Of a stretch of 64,000 nucleotides of DNA, positions 8,546-16,876 are shown piece after piece (positions within the stretch are counted from its first letter, which is position 1; each line of letters opens with the position of its first letter). The translations under genes were made by a program, and so were the position numbers. The stretch spans positions 2,857 through 66,856 of the IMG/VR virus record IMGVR_UViG_641522639_000001; one strand, given 5' to 3'. Below the pieces are notes generated by a model that did not search any database, had not been told where the DNA came from, and saw only the letters and a list, made by a program, of their open reading frames with translations. Source of the stretch: a virus.

Positions 8546-8956
8546 TCACTCCGCCGCCTGCGAGCCCGGCGCCGCTTCGACCGGACGCGGCTCATCGGCC
8601 TCGACCTGCTCCCGGGTGCGAGTGCGCTCGAGCATCCGCCGGCTCTCGACCAGACTCGCCGTGGCGCCGCCGTTGTCGGTCCAGCGCACCCAGACCTCGT
8701 CGCCGTCGATCGCGCGGACGATCCCGCGCCGGTCGTGGATGAAGTCCGGGACGGCCACCTCGTCGCCGATCGCGAGCTTCGTCTCGGCGAGATCGGCGGC
8801 CGATCGATCGACGATGACGTCGGCGTGGCCGCCCTCGACCCTCGCGAGAATCGGGTCTCGGCTACCCGCCGGATGGCCGTACCCGACGACTGCCCGCACC
8901 AGGATCACATCGCCCCGCACCAGGGCCACATCGACCGGGATTGCCATCGCGCTCAC
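8546..8956 (-). CDS. Hypothetical protein
   Basis: Operon-coupled ORF. Confidence 0.55.
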   Translation of the reverse strand: MSAMAIPVDVALVRGDVILVRAVVGYGHPAGSRDPILARVEGGHADVIVDRSAADLAETKLAIGDEVAVPDFIHDRRGIVRAIDGDEVWVRWTDNGGATASLVESRRMLERTRTREQVEADEPRPVEAAPGSQAAE

Positions 8957-9255
8957 TCCGCCGCCCGGGCGCCCACGCGGCGCAGGAAATGCGCGGTCTC
9001 GGCCCGCACGGCCTCCTCGTATTCGAGCGCGGTCATGCTCTCGCCCGCGGCCTCGTTGAGGATCCGGCTGATCACCCGCGCGAGAGCGACGTCGTCCACT
9101 TCATGACCCGGGCCACCCCAGAGGACTTGAATACGAGGACGCCCGCCGGCGACCGCGATGCACCGGCTGCTCTCTGAGAGCGGCCGGAACGGCGCTGGTG
9201 CGCCGAGCATGTAGAGGACGGCCGCGGTGGTGGCCTGGGAGGCGGTGCGGCTCAT
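8953..9255 (-). CDS. Hypothetical protein
   Basis: Operon-coupled ORF (MSRTASQ...). Confidence 0.5.
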   Translation of the reverse strand: MSRTASQATTAAVLYMLGAPAPFRPLSESSRCIAVAGGRPRIQVLWGGPGHEVDDVALARVISRILNEAAGESMTALEYEEAVRAETAHFLRRVGARAAE

Positions 9256-9650
9256 AGCGCACCCCGCACCTGCAGGTGGTACGCATCCCGACCCTCGGCC
9301 AGGAAATCGAGGCCACCGCAGTCCCGCGGCGCATTCTCGGCGCAGGCCTTCACTCCGTGCCGCCGCGCCGCCTCCTGCAGCCCGGCCGGCAGCTCGTTGC
9401 GCTCGTCGTCCTGATCGATCATATCGACCACCCGGCCGAGCACGGGCGCCGTCATATTGCGGGCGACTGGCGCAAGCGGGTCGGCGAGGTCGATCTCGTA
9501 GACCTCCTCGAGCACGGCGTAGGAGCGCTCGTCGGAGAGGAAGGCTGCGGCCGCGGTGAGCCCGTTGTCGACGAGCGTCTCCTCGATCCAGCCGAGACCG
9601 GTGTTGTCGCGGAAGTGCACCAGGTAGGTGCGGGCGGGTTCGCGCGTCAC
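9252..9650 (-). CDS. Hypothetical phage protein
   Basis: Operon-coupled ORF with coding-like codon usage. Confidence 0.6.
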   Translation of the reverse strand: MTREPARTYLVHFRDNTGLGWIEETLVDNGLTAAAAFLSDERSYAVLEEVYEIDLADPLAPVARNMTAPVLGRVVDMIDQDDERNELPAGLQEAARRHGVKACAENAPRDCGGLDFLAEGRDAYHLQVRGAL

Positions 9651-9934
9651 AGCACGCCCCCATCGATCCGGCCGGCCCGCAGGCCGCTCGCCGCCACGAA
9701 CAGGATCAGCATCGCGATGGCGAGCACCAGGAGCGCCATCCGGAGCCAGTCCCGCTCCCGCGCCACGGGCAGCGGGTCGTTGGCCGGCTCGTCGTCCTCA
9801 GGCCACTCGGTCAGGCGCTCCCGCAGCGTGCGCAGGTAGGCCGGCTCGTCGAGGTGGCAGGGGGCGACGCGCTCGCGGCTCGTGAGGGCGCGGCCGTGGA
9901 TCGCGATCAGGTCGGGTTGGGGGCGGGTGAGCAC
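9647..9934 (-). CDS. First early-left gene, C-terminal TM segment
   Basis: Hydrophobic WLRMALLVLAIAMLILFVAA; start uncertain. Confidence 0.5.
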   Translation of the reverse strand: MLTRPQPDLIAIHGRALTSRERVAPCHLDEPAYLRTLRERLTEWPEDDEPANDPLPVARERDWLRMALLVLAIAMLILFVAASGLRAGRIDGGVL

Positions 9935-9972
9935 TGCGGGTCTCCATCGCTTCGGGGAGAGGCGATGGACAC

Positions 9973-10015
9973 AAGGTACTTAGCGTACCCAGCGTGTCAA
10001 GTACGATTTGTACCC
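9973..10015 (-). promoter_or_regulatory. pL-like promoter (TTGACA-16-TACCTT) overlapped by OL operators at 9974-9990 and 9999-10015
   Basis: Perfect -35 at 10000-9995; operators match GGGTAC-N5-GTACCC. Confidence 0.75.
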
Positions 10016-10222
10016 AACCTGGCCGTACTGGTTGTCGTCACATGTGACCGACACGACACCCACGGCCAAACTCTCGTGGATGGCGTGCTTGGCCGGACGC
10101 CACCTAGTGCATTGACGCCTTCAAAAGGTACACCGCGCGGAGCGATTTCCTCTTCAGTCTCAGACGGTTAGCGACCTGGCACCTGATGCGAATGTCGGCG
10201 TCTCTGCACTAGCTATTTGGAA

Positions 10223-10250
10223 TTGACGCTCGCGCACGAGCACCAATAAT
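10223..10250 (+). promoter_or_regulatory. Sigma70-type promoter TTGACG-16-AATAAT driving the ncRNA
   Basis: -35 at 10223-10228 and -10 at 10245-10250; the predicted start (about 10256-10257) coincides with the 5' arm of the RNA fold. Confidence 0.65.
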
Positions 10251-10256
10251 GCATCT

Positions 10257-10364
10257 CGGTAGGCTCGCTGGAGCGCCTGGTCGCGCACGCGGCACCCGGG
10301 AGGACGTCAGCCCTTCGGATGGCTGGCTCTACGCCTTCCGGAACACAGGTCCAGGAGCCTACCG
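10257..10364 (+). ncRNA. Structured ncRNA of about 108 nt, convergent with and overlapping the stop of the DUF3800 gene
   Basis: Closing stem CGGUAGGCU/AGCCUACCG, CCUGG/CCAGG, CCGGGAGG.CGU/ACG.CCUUCCGG with a G-U pair, and CAGCC-C(UUCG)G-GGCUG hairpin. Confidence 0.75.
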
Positions 10365-11240
10365 CCTTCTACCTGGTTCCGTTTTGTAGCCGTAGAAGCG
10401 GAATATTGCCTTCTGTTCCTCCGTTAATTCGGCAGTCCATAGAGGATAAGGCATAACCTTGAGACCGAAGTCTACAATACTGTTGTCGCGCATTGCCATT
10501 CTTGGCTTCAATAACTTTGCATACTCCGGCCTACAGGAGCCGTCCGGCTTTGGAGTGACGCTTTGAAAAAACGCGCTTGCCACGACGTCAGCAAGCATGA
10601 GGCCCGCGCGGGTTTTATGAGGGTAAGACTCAACAAGATCTATATCTACGACGCTCCAGTCTAAATCTCCCCTGTCAAGATATAAAGATTTTCCGATACT
10701 CTGAAGCCTCAGCCAATGCAGATATGCTCTGAACTGGCTGTAAGACATTCTATGACTCTCTGAGAACACAAATTTGACTTTGGCCCGAGGAGTGTCCTCT
10801 TTTAGATTGCGCAGCCCACAATAAGCAGTAACTCTTTCTAGCAACAGACGAGATGCCCAGCAATAGAACCAGTTCCTGGAAGGGATTTTTCCAGCCCTTT
10901 GATTTGTATGCTGGCGTATGTTTTTCTTGTTGCATGCAACTATAAACAAGCGCGCCGGCAAATCAGCAATGTTCTTACAAACGGTTTCTCTATCCCTATC
11001 CGAGCGCAGTCGGTTAAAATGCAGGTCTCTTTGCCCGGTAAAATCAAGCTGACTTAGAATATGGCGGACCCAAAGCGGAGGTGAAGCTTCACAGTCGGCA
11101 CGGATCAGAACCGCCGATAATATGAACCACTCTGTGCCACCGTCGGGATCAATAGGTCGGACTGATCTCAACCCATCGTCGCCGGCCTCATCTATGAATG
11201 CTACATAACGATAGGAGTGCTCTGGGCTCTCAAAATCCAT
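10359..11240 (-). CDS. DUF3800 family protein (RNase H-like fold inferred), putative phage-exclusion/defence factor
   Basis: YVAFIDEAGD, VKFVFSE and GLMLADVVASAF motifs; AT-rich; directly downstream of cI. Confidence 0.8.
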   Translation of the reverse strand: MDFESPEHSYRYVAFIDEAGDDGLRSVRPIDPDGGTEWFILSAVLIRADCEASPPLWVRHILSQLDFTGQRDLHFNRLRSDRDRETVCKNIADLPARLFIVACNKKNIRQHTNQRAGKIPSRNWFYCWASRLLLERVTAYCGLRNLKEDTPRAKVKFVFSESHRMSYSQFRAYLHWLRLQSIGKSLYLDRGDLDWSVVDIDLVESYPHKTRAGLMLADVVASAFFQSVTPKPDGSCRPEYAKLLKPRMAMRDNSIVDFGLKVMPYPLWTAELTEEQKAIFRFYGYKTEPGRRR

Positions 11241-11322
11241 TCTAAATTCGGCATAATGCCGCCTCGGAAAGCACTACGCCCGGGTTGTCTGGATGCCCAA
11301 TTCCCATTCAAGAATTTTCTAT

Positions 11323-12006
11323 TCATTCGGCTGCCCTCATTGGCTTCTGCTTTGTCCTTCTTTCTATTTCTTTGCCATTAGGCACGCGCTGAACTTGCTT
11401 TCCCGGTACTATAAGGTGAATCATCCCGACTTCGCGGATGCGGACGTCTTTCATAGTCGGCGCGTTAAAGCTCTCCAGATCATAGGTGTCTGTCGTACTG
11501 CCGCGCAGTACCCGTTTCAGGTACCGCTTCCAGTCCGCCGTTACGACGAGCGCCACGTCGCCGAGCACCATCTCGACGGGCACAGCCATCTTCCGTACCA
11601 AGATCACGTCGCCTGGGTCGTACTTTGGCAGCATAGAGTTGCCGAGCACCTCGTAAGCCGCCACGTCGTCAGGCAATGGATAGTCAACCTCTACAACCGC
11701 TAGCTCGTCGTTGAAGTACTGCGCCACGTTGGTGTCGATCTCACCGCCGGCTCCGATCATGCCTTCAATGCGCACTCGACTGGTGCGTTGCAGGCCGCCT
11801 TCGCCGCTGACAAGCCATATCCAGGAAATATTGAAGGCGCGACCGTATTCTTTCGCCTCTTCGACTCCGTAGTCGCGAATACCGCCCTCCCGTGACTTAT
11901 ATGTGTTTTCATTCCAGCGGAAGTGCTTTGCGGCAGCTCGAGGGCTGTCGAACCCAGCGCGCTCGCGTGCTGATTTGAGTCGGGAGGCTCGGTCGGTTGC
12001 ATCCAT
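11323..12006 (-). CDS. cI: CI-like repressor (N-terminal HTH plus S24 autopeptidase)
   Basis: RLKSARERAGF HTH, GMIGAG cleavage-site region, GNSMLPKY Ser nucleophile and RYLKR Lys. Confidence 0.92.
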   Translation of the reverse strand: MDATDRASRLKSARERAGFDSPRAAAKHFRWNENTYKSREGGIRDYGVEEAKEYGRAFNISWIWLVSGEGGLQRTSRVRIEGMIGAGGEIDTNVAQYFNDELAVVEVDYPLPDDVAAYEVLGNSMLPKYDPGDVILVRKMAVPVEMVLGDVALVVTADWKRYLKRVLRGSTTDTYDLESFNAPTMKDVRIREVGMIHLIVPGKQVQRVPNGKEIERRTKQKPMRAAE

Positions 12007-12072
12007 GAACAACTCGTACCCTGGATGCTGGGTACGTTTCGTCTTGCTATCGAATGGGTACTTATGGTACCC
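12005..12072. promoter_or_regulatory. OR operators (12005-12021, 12030-12046, 12056-12072) between cI and cro
   Basis: GGGTAC-N5-GTACCC is perfect at 12056-12072, with half-matching sites at 25-26 bp spacing. Confidence 0.75.
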
Positions 12073-12079
12073 AGTGAGC

Positions 12080-12334
12080 ATGGATAGCTTCCGTGCCCTC
12101 ATCGTCGCTTATGGCCTCAGCGAGTTTGCTGCTGACATTGGCGTTCACGAGAACACCGCTAAGCAGATGCGGAAGCGGGATTCCGTGGCTCCCGAGTACT
12201 GGGATGCGTGGGTGCGTGGCGCCCGCGTTCGTGGGGTCGGCGGGGTGACGCTGGAACGCCTCGCGAGCATTGCCGCACAGAGGCGCGTTCGCGCAGCTCC
12301 CACCACCCCCGAACTGGCGGAGGCGCGGCCGTGA
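12080..12334 (+). CDS. cro: Cro-like repressor
   Basis: Divergent from cI; LSEFAADIGV...AKQMRKRDSVAPEYW is Cro/YdaS-like. Confidence 0.8.
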   Translation: MDSFRALIVAYGLSEFAADIGVHENTAKQMRKRDSVAPEYWDAWVRGARVRGVGGVTLERLASIAAQRRVRAAPTTPELAEARP

Positions 12335-12648
12335 TCGCTCGCCTCCTACTCGCTTGGCTGGACCGGCGGATCGATGCGCGCATTGAGGCGCGCAAGGCCG
12401 AGCGTCAGGCTGCCGCCGATGCCACCCGGTCGTTCATGATCGCAGAGATCGACCGAATTCGCTCCGCCGGCGGGCGCCCAGGCACCTGCCTGGAGACTGG
12501 CCGTGTCCGCGACCTCGGGCCCCGGCGCTACAGCAAGGAATCGAACGCCGCCCCGAACGTGTCGTCGAGGAACCCCTCGGCGTCCGACGAGACCTGTTTG
12601 GTGACCTCGGCCTCCCGCCAGTCGCGATCCTCGCAGGACATCCGATGA
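12331..12648 (+). CDS. Hypothetical protein coupled to cro
   Basis: GTG overlaps the cro stop. Confidence 0.45.
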   Translation: MIARLLLAWLDRRIDARIEARKAERQAAADATRSFMIAEIDRIRSAGGRPGTCLETGRVRDLGPRRYSKESNAAPNVSSRNPSASDETCLVTSASRQSRSSQDIR

Positions 12649-12806
12649 ATTGCGGCGTCTACTCGCTCGTCCGTTGCAGTGCGGAGGCGCCTCAGGGCCG
12701 CCTCGCCCTGCTCGCGTCCTATCTTGGAAAGAAGTGTCTGCAGAAGACTGCGGATCGCGATGAGCGATCCTCGCGCCATCTCCGAATCCACTTCGCGGCC
12801 GCTCAT
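12528..12806 (-). CDS. Antisense hypothetical protein within the cro operon
   Basis: GGAGG RBS and helical protein-like sequence. Confidence 0.5.
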   Translation of the reverse strand: MSGREVDSEMARGSLIAIRSLLQTLLSKIGREQGEAALRRLRTATDERVDAAIHRMSCEDRDWREAEVTKQVSSDAEGFLDDTFGAAFDSLL

Positions 12807-12913
12807 GATCGCCTCCCTCGGCATGGGCAGTTGCGAGAGGGGCCGGGCCGCTACCCGGCCCCTCACCTGACTATGCTCGCGTCATCTCAGGCCACCCGCA
12901 AGGGAGACGCCGC

Positions 12914-13201
12914 ATGACCCGCCCAGTGCAGGACATCGGACCCATCCGACTCTCCTGGGCCGGCAACACGCCGGTCCTCGCCATCCCCGAGGCAGGCCCC
13001 GCCGCCACGGTCGTGCTCACGCCTGAGCAGAAGGCGCAGCTGATCGCCGCGCTCGCGACCGGCCCCGGCGACGGCGCGCCGCTCTCGCACGGCATCCGTC
13101 CCGGTCCCCGTCCGCTCCGCGGCATGGCCGCCGTCCACGCGCCCGGCGAGCGGAGGCTCTCCGCCGACGGCGACCGCCCGCGCCTCGTCGAGGTGCCCTG
13201 A
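12914..13201 (+). CDS. Hypothetical protein
   Basis: GGGAGA RBS. Confidence 0.55.
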   Translation: MTRPVQDIGPIRLSWAGNTPVLAIPEAGPAATVVLTPEQKAQLIAALATGPGDGAPLSHGIRPGPRPLRGMAAVHAPGERRLSADGDRPRLVEVP

Positions 13202-13202
13202 C

Positions 13203-13352
13203 ATGCGCGCCTCCGACCTCCCGCCCATCCTCGCCGCCCACATCGTCGTGTTCGCTGCGCTCGGCTGGTTCGTCATGGCCGTCCGGCCCGAGATGGTCGT
13301 CCCGGTCGAGCGGCACGGGCCGAGCGTGATCCTGTTCCGGGTGGCGCCATGA
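13203..13352 (+). CDS. 49-aa membrane peptide
   Basis: One TM segment; follows the previous stop. Confidence 0.45.
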   Translation: MRASDLPPILAAHIVVFAALGWFVMAVRPEMVVPVERHGPSVILFRVAP

Positions 13353-13937
13353 CTGCCGCCGCTCACAATGGGGCCAGCCTCACGCCAGCTGGATATGCGC
13401 ACCTGCGCGTCCGCGGCGTGGCGGGCATTGCCGTCGCCACCATGAATCGCCGGTCCAGCAATCCTGGCCCATCCGGCGGTGCGCCCGGTCCGGCAGCGAC
13501 CGGCCCCTATCCGCTCCGGACCGGGCGCAACACCGCCGACTCCTGCGATCTTGGTTCGACCTTTCGCGCTGGCATGGCCGGCGCTGCGAAGCCCTGCCCG
13601 GCATGCAACTCCCCGGGCGGAGCACTGCCCTCCTTGGGCGTCGTCCCAGCGACTGCCCCCTCTCTCAACCGGGAGAGGGGGCTTCTTGGGACCGATTTCC
13701 ACGCTCGCCCGCTCCGGCCGGCCCGAAGCGCGGCCGAGGCGCCCCGCTGGTCGAGCCTGCATGTCTCCCAGCGGGATCTGCTGTTCCTGCGCGACCGTCA
13801 TCAGCCGGCAAGCAAAGCCGGTCGCGCCGTAGTATCTGCGTATCCGATCCACCTCCATCTACAAGCTCCTCTCACCTGTTCCAAGATGAACAGGAACGGA
13901 TTTGCAGATGTGCAAAACATGTTCACGGGTTAGGCCA

Positions 13938-14351
13938 ATGTCGACTGCGCAGGTCGCAGAAGCCCGGACTTGGCTGGACCGCATGGTCCAGTGGGAGAGC
14001 CGCGGGCCGGGCGACACGGACAACGCCCTCCGCCGCGTCGCGCGGCTTGCGGGCGTCAACTACGGCTCGGTGTGGTCGCTCCGCTACCGCGCCCCGAAGC
14101 GGATCTGGGCGGACGTCTACGTGTCGCTCGCCGCCGCCTACGAGACCGCCCGGCACCGTCAGCTTCAGGCGCTCCAGCATGACATCGAGATCACCGCGGC
14201 GATCACCGGGCCTCGCCACCCTGTTGTTGTGGCGGCTCGCTCTGCTGCTGGTGCGGCTGATCCCGATCCCGCGGGAGTGGTGGCCGAGGCTCTGGGAGCG
14301 CGAGAGGCGGCCGGACCGCGTCGACCCGCGGGGGCGATGAGCCGTGACTGA
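13938..14351 (+). CDS. Conserved alphaproteobacterial phage regulator (CII-position DNA-binding protein)
   Basis: ESRGPGDTDNALRRVARLAGVNYG.VWSLRYR.PK; position after cro. Confidence 0.6.
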   Translation: MSTAQVAEARTWLDRMVQWESRGPGDTDNALRRVARLAGVNYGSVWSLRYRAPKRIWADVYVSLAAAYETARHRQLQALQHDIEITAAITGPRHPVVVAARSAAGAADPDPAGVVAEALGAREAAGPRRPAGAMSRD

Positions 14352-14619
14352 CCTCGCCGCCATCCCGCTCGCCGATGTCGGGGCCGTCGGCGCCGGCCTG
14401 AGGATCACCACCGCCGGCGGCACCGCGACCGTGTCGCTCGGAGCCGAGGCCGGCGCCGTCGTGCTGGCGGTGGCCGCCCCGCGGCTCGGCGAGGACTGGC
14501 GCCTTCCGCTCTGGGCCGTCGAGCACCTCGCGCAGCAGTGCGCGCGGGCGCGGGCGGAAGCCGCCGAAATGGCGGCCGGCTGCGCGGCCCTGCCCGTCGA
14601 TGCCCTCACCGATCCCTGA
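14344..14619 (+). CDS. Hypothetical protein
   Basis: Operon-coupled. Confidence 0.5.
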   Translation: MTDLAAIPLADVGAVGAGLRITTAGGTATVSLGAEAGAVVLAVAAPRLGEDWRLPLWAVEHLAQQCARARAEAAEMAAGCAALPVDALTDP

Positions 14620-14661
14620 CTAACCTCGGCGGCCCGGCGCCGCCCAACGTGGAGCAGTGCT

Positions 14662-15048
14662 GTGGCCGAGAAGATGGGCAAGGCGAGTCGGGGGGACACC
14701 GGCATCAATCCGAAGGTCCTCGATTCGCTCGTGCGCAAGTGCGAGGGCATCAAGGGCGAGATGGACGAGTGCCGGGGCGAGCTCGGCGCCGCCATCAAGG
14801 ATGCGGAGGAGGCGCACGGCGTCCACCGCAAGGCCTTCAAGCAGATGATCGCTCTGCGGAAGATGGACGAGGCCGCCCGGGCCGACTACCTGCGCGCGTT
14901 CGACGACTACCGCGAGAAGCTCGGGCTGAACGCCCAGGCCGACATGTTCGACGAGCCGCCGCGGGCTTCGGCGGATCCGGGCGCGAAGCAGGCCGCCGAG
15001 AACGTCGAGCGGCTTAAGGGGATGAAAACGGCCGAGCCGGTGCACTGA
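14662..15048 (+). CDS. GapR/DUF2312-like nucleoid-associated protein
   Basis: LDSLVRKCE...IKDAEEAHG..RKAFKQMIALRKMD..ARAD pattern. Confidence 0.7.
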   Translation: MAEKMGKASRGDTGINPKVLDSLVRKCEGIKGEMDECRGELGAAIKDAEEAHGVHRKAFKQMIALRKMDEAARADYLRAFDDYREKLGLNAQADMFDEPPRASADPGAKQAAENVERLKGMKTAEPVH

Positions 15049-15057
15049 GGCCGGCCG

Positions 15058-15570
15058 ATGCGCAAGATCCTGGCCCTCGACCTCGCGACGCGCTGCGGCT
15101 GGGCCTGCGGCGCGCCCGGGTCCGAGCCGACCTACGGGACGAAGGTCCTTCCCTCGACGGGCGAGGACATCGGCCGCTTCGCCGACGCCTTCAACACCTG
15201 GCTCCTCGACATGATCACGCTGGAGGATCCCGGCGTGGTCGTCTTCGAGGCGCCGGTGATGAGCGGCACCACCTCGCTCGCGGCGGCGCGCAAGCTCTAC
15301 GGCCTCGCCTGGCACACCGAGTTCGCCTGCCGGCTGCGGCAGGTGCGCGTGATGGAGCACCACCTGCAGTCGGTGAAGAAGTTCTTCGCCGGCAGCGGCC
15401 GCGCCGACAAGGCGGCGATGATCGCCGCGGCGGAGCGACAGGGCTGGGCGCCGAAGGACGACAACGCGGCTGACGCGCTGGGTCTGTGGGCCTGCGCAGT
15501 GCACCAGCTCGCGCCGCAGCATGCTGGTCGCTTCCAGCTCGGTCCGCTCGGGGCGGGGAGGGCCGCATGA
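15058..15570 (+). CDS. RuvC-like Holliday junction resolvase
   Basis: ILALDLAT.CGWA, VVVFEAP, SVKKFFAGSGRADK and DDNAADAL. Confidence 0.85.
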   Translation: MRKILALDLATRCGWACGAPGSEPTYGTKVLPSTGEDIGRFADAFNTWLLDMITLEDPGVVVFEAPVMSGTTSLAAARKLYGLAWHTEFACRLRQVRVMEHHLQSVKKFFAGSGRADKAAMIAAAERQGWAPKDDNAADALGLWACAVHQLAPQHAGRFQLGPLGAGRAA

Positions 15571-15860
15571 TCGCCGCCCGCCTCCACCCGCTCACCCCGG
15601 CCGAGGAGGGGCCCTGCCTGCGGCGCCTGGCGGCCGCGGGCTACCTGCTCGTCGCGAAGGCCGGGCGCGCCGGAATCGGCTTCGTGTGGCCGTCCCCGCC
15701 CGAGCCGCCGCCCGGCGTGCCGGCCGAGCGCGCCGTGTCGATCGAGCGGGTGCAGGCGGCGGAGGCGGCGGGCGTCATCGTGCCGTGCACGGTCATGATG
15801 GGCGCGGATCTGCTCGGGCCGCAGCCGGTGCCGGCGTGGCGGGCGCGGGGGCGGTCATGA
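15567..15860 (+). CDS. Hypothetical protein
   Basis: Operon-coupled. Confidence 0.5.
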   Translation: MIAARLHPLTPAEEGPCLRRLAAAGYLLVAKAGRAGIGFVWPSPPEPPPGVPAERAVSIERVQAAEAAGVIVPCTVMMGADLLGPQPVPAWRARGRS

Positions 15861-16438
15861 GCTGGCCGTTCGACCCTCTGCCGCCCCTGTCGTTCGACCT
15901 GATCATGGGCGATCCGCCTTGGGCCTTCTCCCTGCGGTCGGCGAAGGGCGAGGCGAAGAGCGCGCAGGCGCAGTACGGCTGCATGTCGCTCGACGCGATC
16001 AAGGCTCTGCCGGTGGCGCACCTCGCCCGGCAGGACGCGCTTCTGTGGCTCTGGGCGACGCATCCGATGCTGCCGCAAGCTCTCGCCGTCATGGCGGCCT
16101 GGGGCTTCTCCTTCACCACCTCCGGCGTGTGGGTGAAGACCACCCCCGGCGGCAAGCTCGCGTTTGGCACCGGCTACGTGCTGCGCTCGGCCTCCGAGCC
16201 CTTCCTGATCGGCAAGTTCGGGCGGCCCCGCACGGCGCGCGATGTCCGCACCGTCATCGTGGCGCCTGCCCGGGAGCAAAGCCGCAAGCCCGACCAGCCG
16301 TACGAAGCGGCCGAGGCGCTGGCGACCGGCGCGACGCGGCGGGCAGACCTGTTCTCCCGGGAGACGCGGGCCGGATGGGAGGCCTGGGGCGCGGAGGCAG
16401 GACTCTTCGACCCGCCGGCCGTGCAGGCCGCGGAGTAG
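15857..16438 (+). CDS. MT-A70 family orphan N6-adenine methyltransferase
   Basis: DPPW motif, LWLWAT, WGF..., GTGYVLRSASEPFLIG and REQSRKP. Confidence 0.9.
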   Translation: MSWPFDPLPPLSFDLIMGDPPWAFSLRSAKGEAKSAQAQYGCMSLDAIKALPVAHLARQDALLWLWATHPMLPQALAVMAAWGFSFTTSGVWVKTTPGGKLAFGTGYVLRSASEPFLIGKFGRPRTARDVRTVIVAPAREQSRKPDQPYEAAEALATGATRRADLFSRETRAGWEAWGAEAGLFDPPAVQAAE

Positions 16439-16442
16439 CGCC

Positions 16443-16685
16443 ATGGCGAGCTTCCGCAGCCTCCCCGTCTTCTCTCCCGCGATCATCGGCGTGTTCCGCC
16501 GCGGCGAGGACGCCTTCCGGCTGACGCACGCGATCGGCGCCGTGCCGGACGCGGCGGCCGCCGCGCGGGCGCTCGGCGATCCCTTCAATCGCGAGCGGCA
16601 CGCCCAGGCGCTCGCATTCCTCGAAGGCCTGCAGCCGCGCCAGCAGGAGCGGATCCTGGCCGCCTACGACCGGGAGGCTCGCTGA
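16443..16685 (+). CDS. Hypothetical protein
   Basis: Operon-coupled. Confidence 0.55.
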   Translation: MASFRSLPVFSPAIIGVFRRGEDAFRLTHAIGAVPDAAAAARALGDPFNRERHAQALAFLEGLQPRQQERILAAYDREAR

Positions 16686-16687
16686 TC

Positions 16688-16876
16688 ATGGGTGACCTGG
16701 TCCACCTCCGTCCCCCACCCGACCAACGCGAGATCGTTGCGTTCGAGGCCTTCCGGTCCGCGCTCCTGATCGCGCGCGGCACGGGGCGCCTCAGCGACAT
16801 GCGCACCGCCGTCGAGGCCTACGACGCCTGGGTGGCGCTGAGCCGGCAGCTTGAGTGCGAGCGGGGGCGCCGATGA
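16688..16876 (+). CDS. Hypothetical protein
   Basis: Overlaps the dnaB start. Confidence 0.5.
   Translation: MGDLVHLRPPPDQREIVAFEAFRSALLIARGTGRLSDMRTAVEAYDAWVALSRQLECERGRR

Noticed and set aside
10257-10364. Simple Rho-independent terminator of the DUF3800 gene
   Set aside because: It is multi-branched, about 108 nt long and has no U-tract on the minus strand. The UUCG loop, G-U pair and promoter all favour the opposite strand.
13349-13933. 194-aa CDS between the membrane peptide and the CII-position gene
   Set aside because: The translation is Pro/Ala/Arg-rich without motifs. The region may be regulatory, and I cannot support a call.
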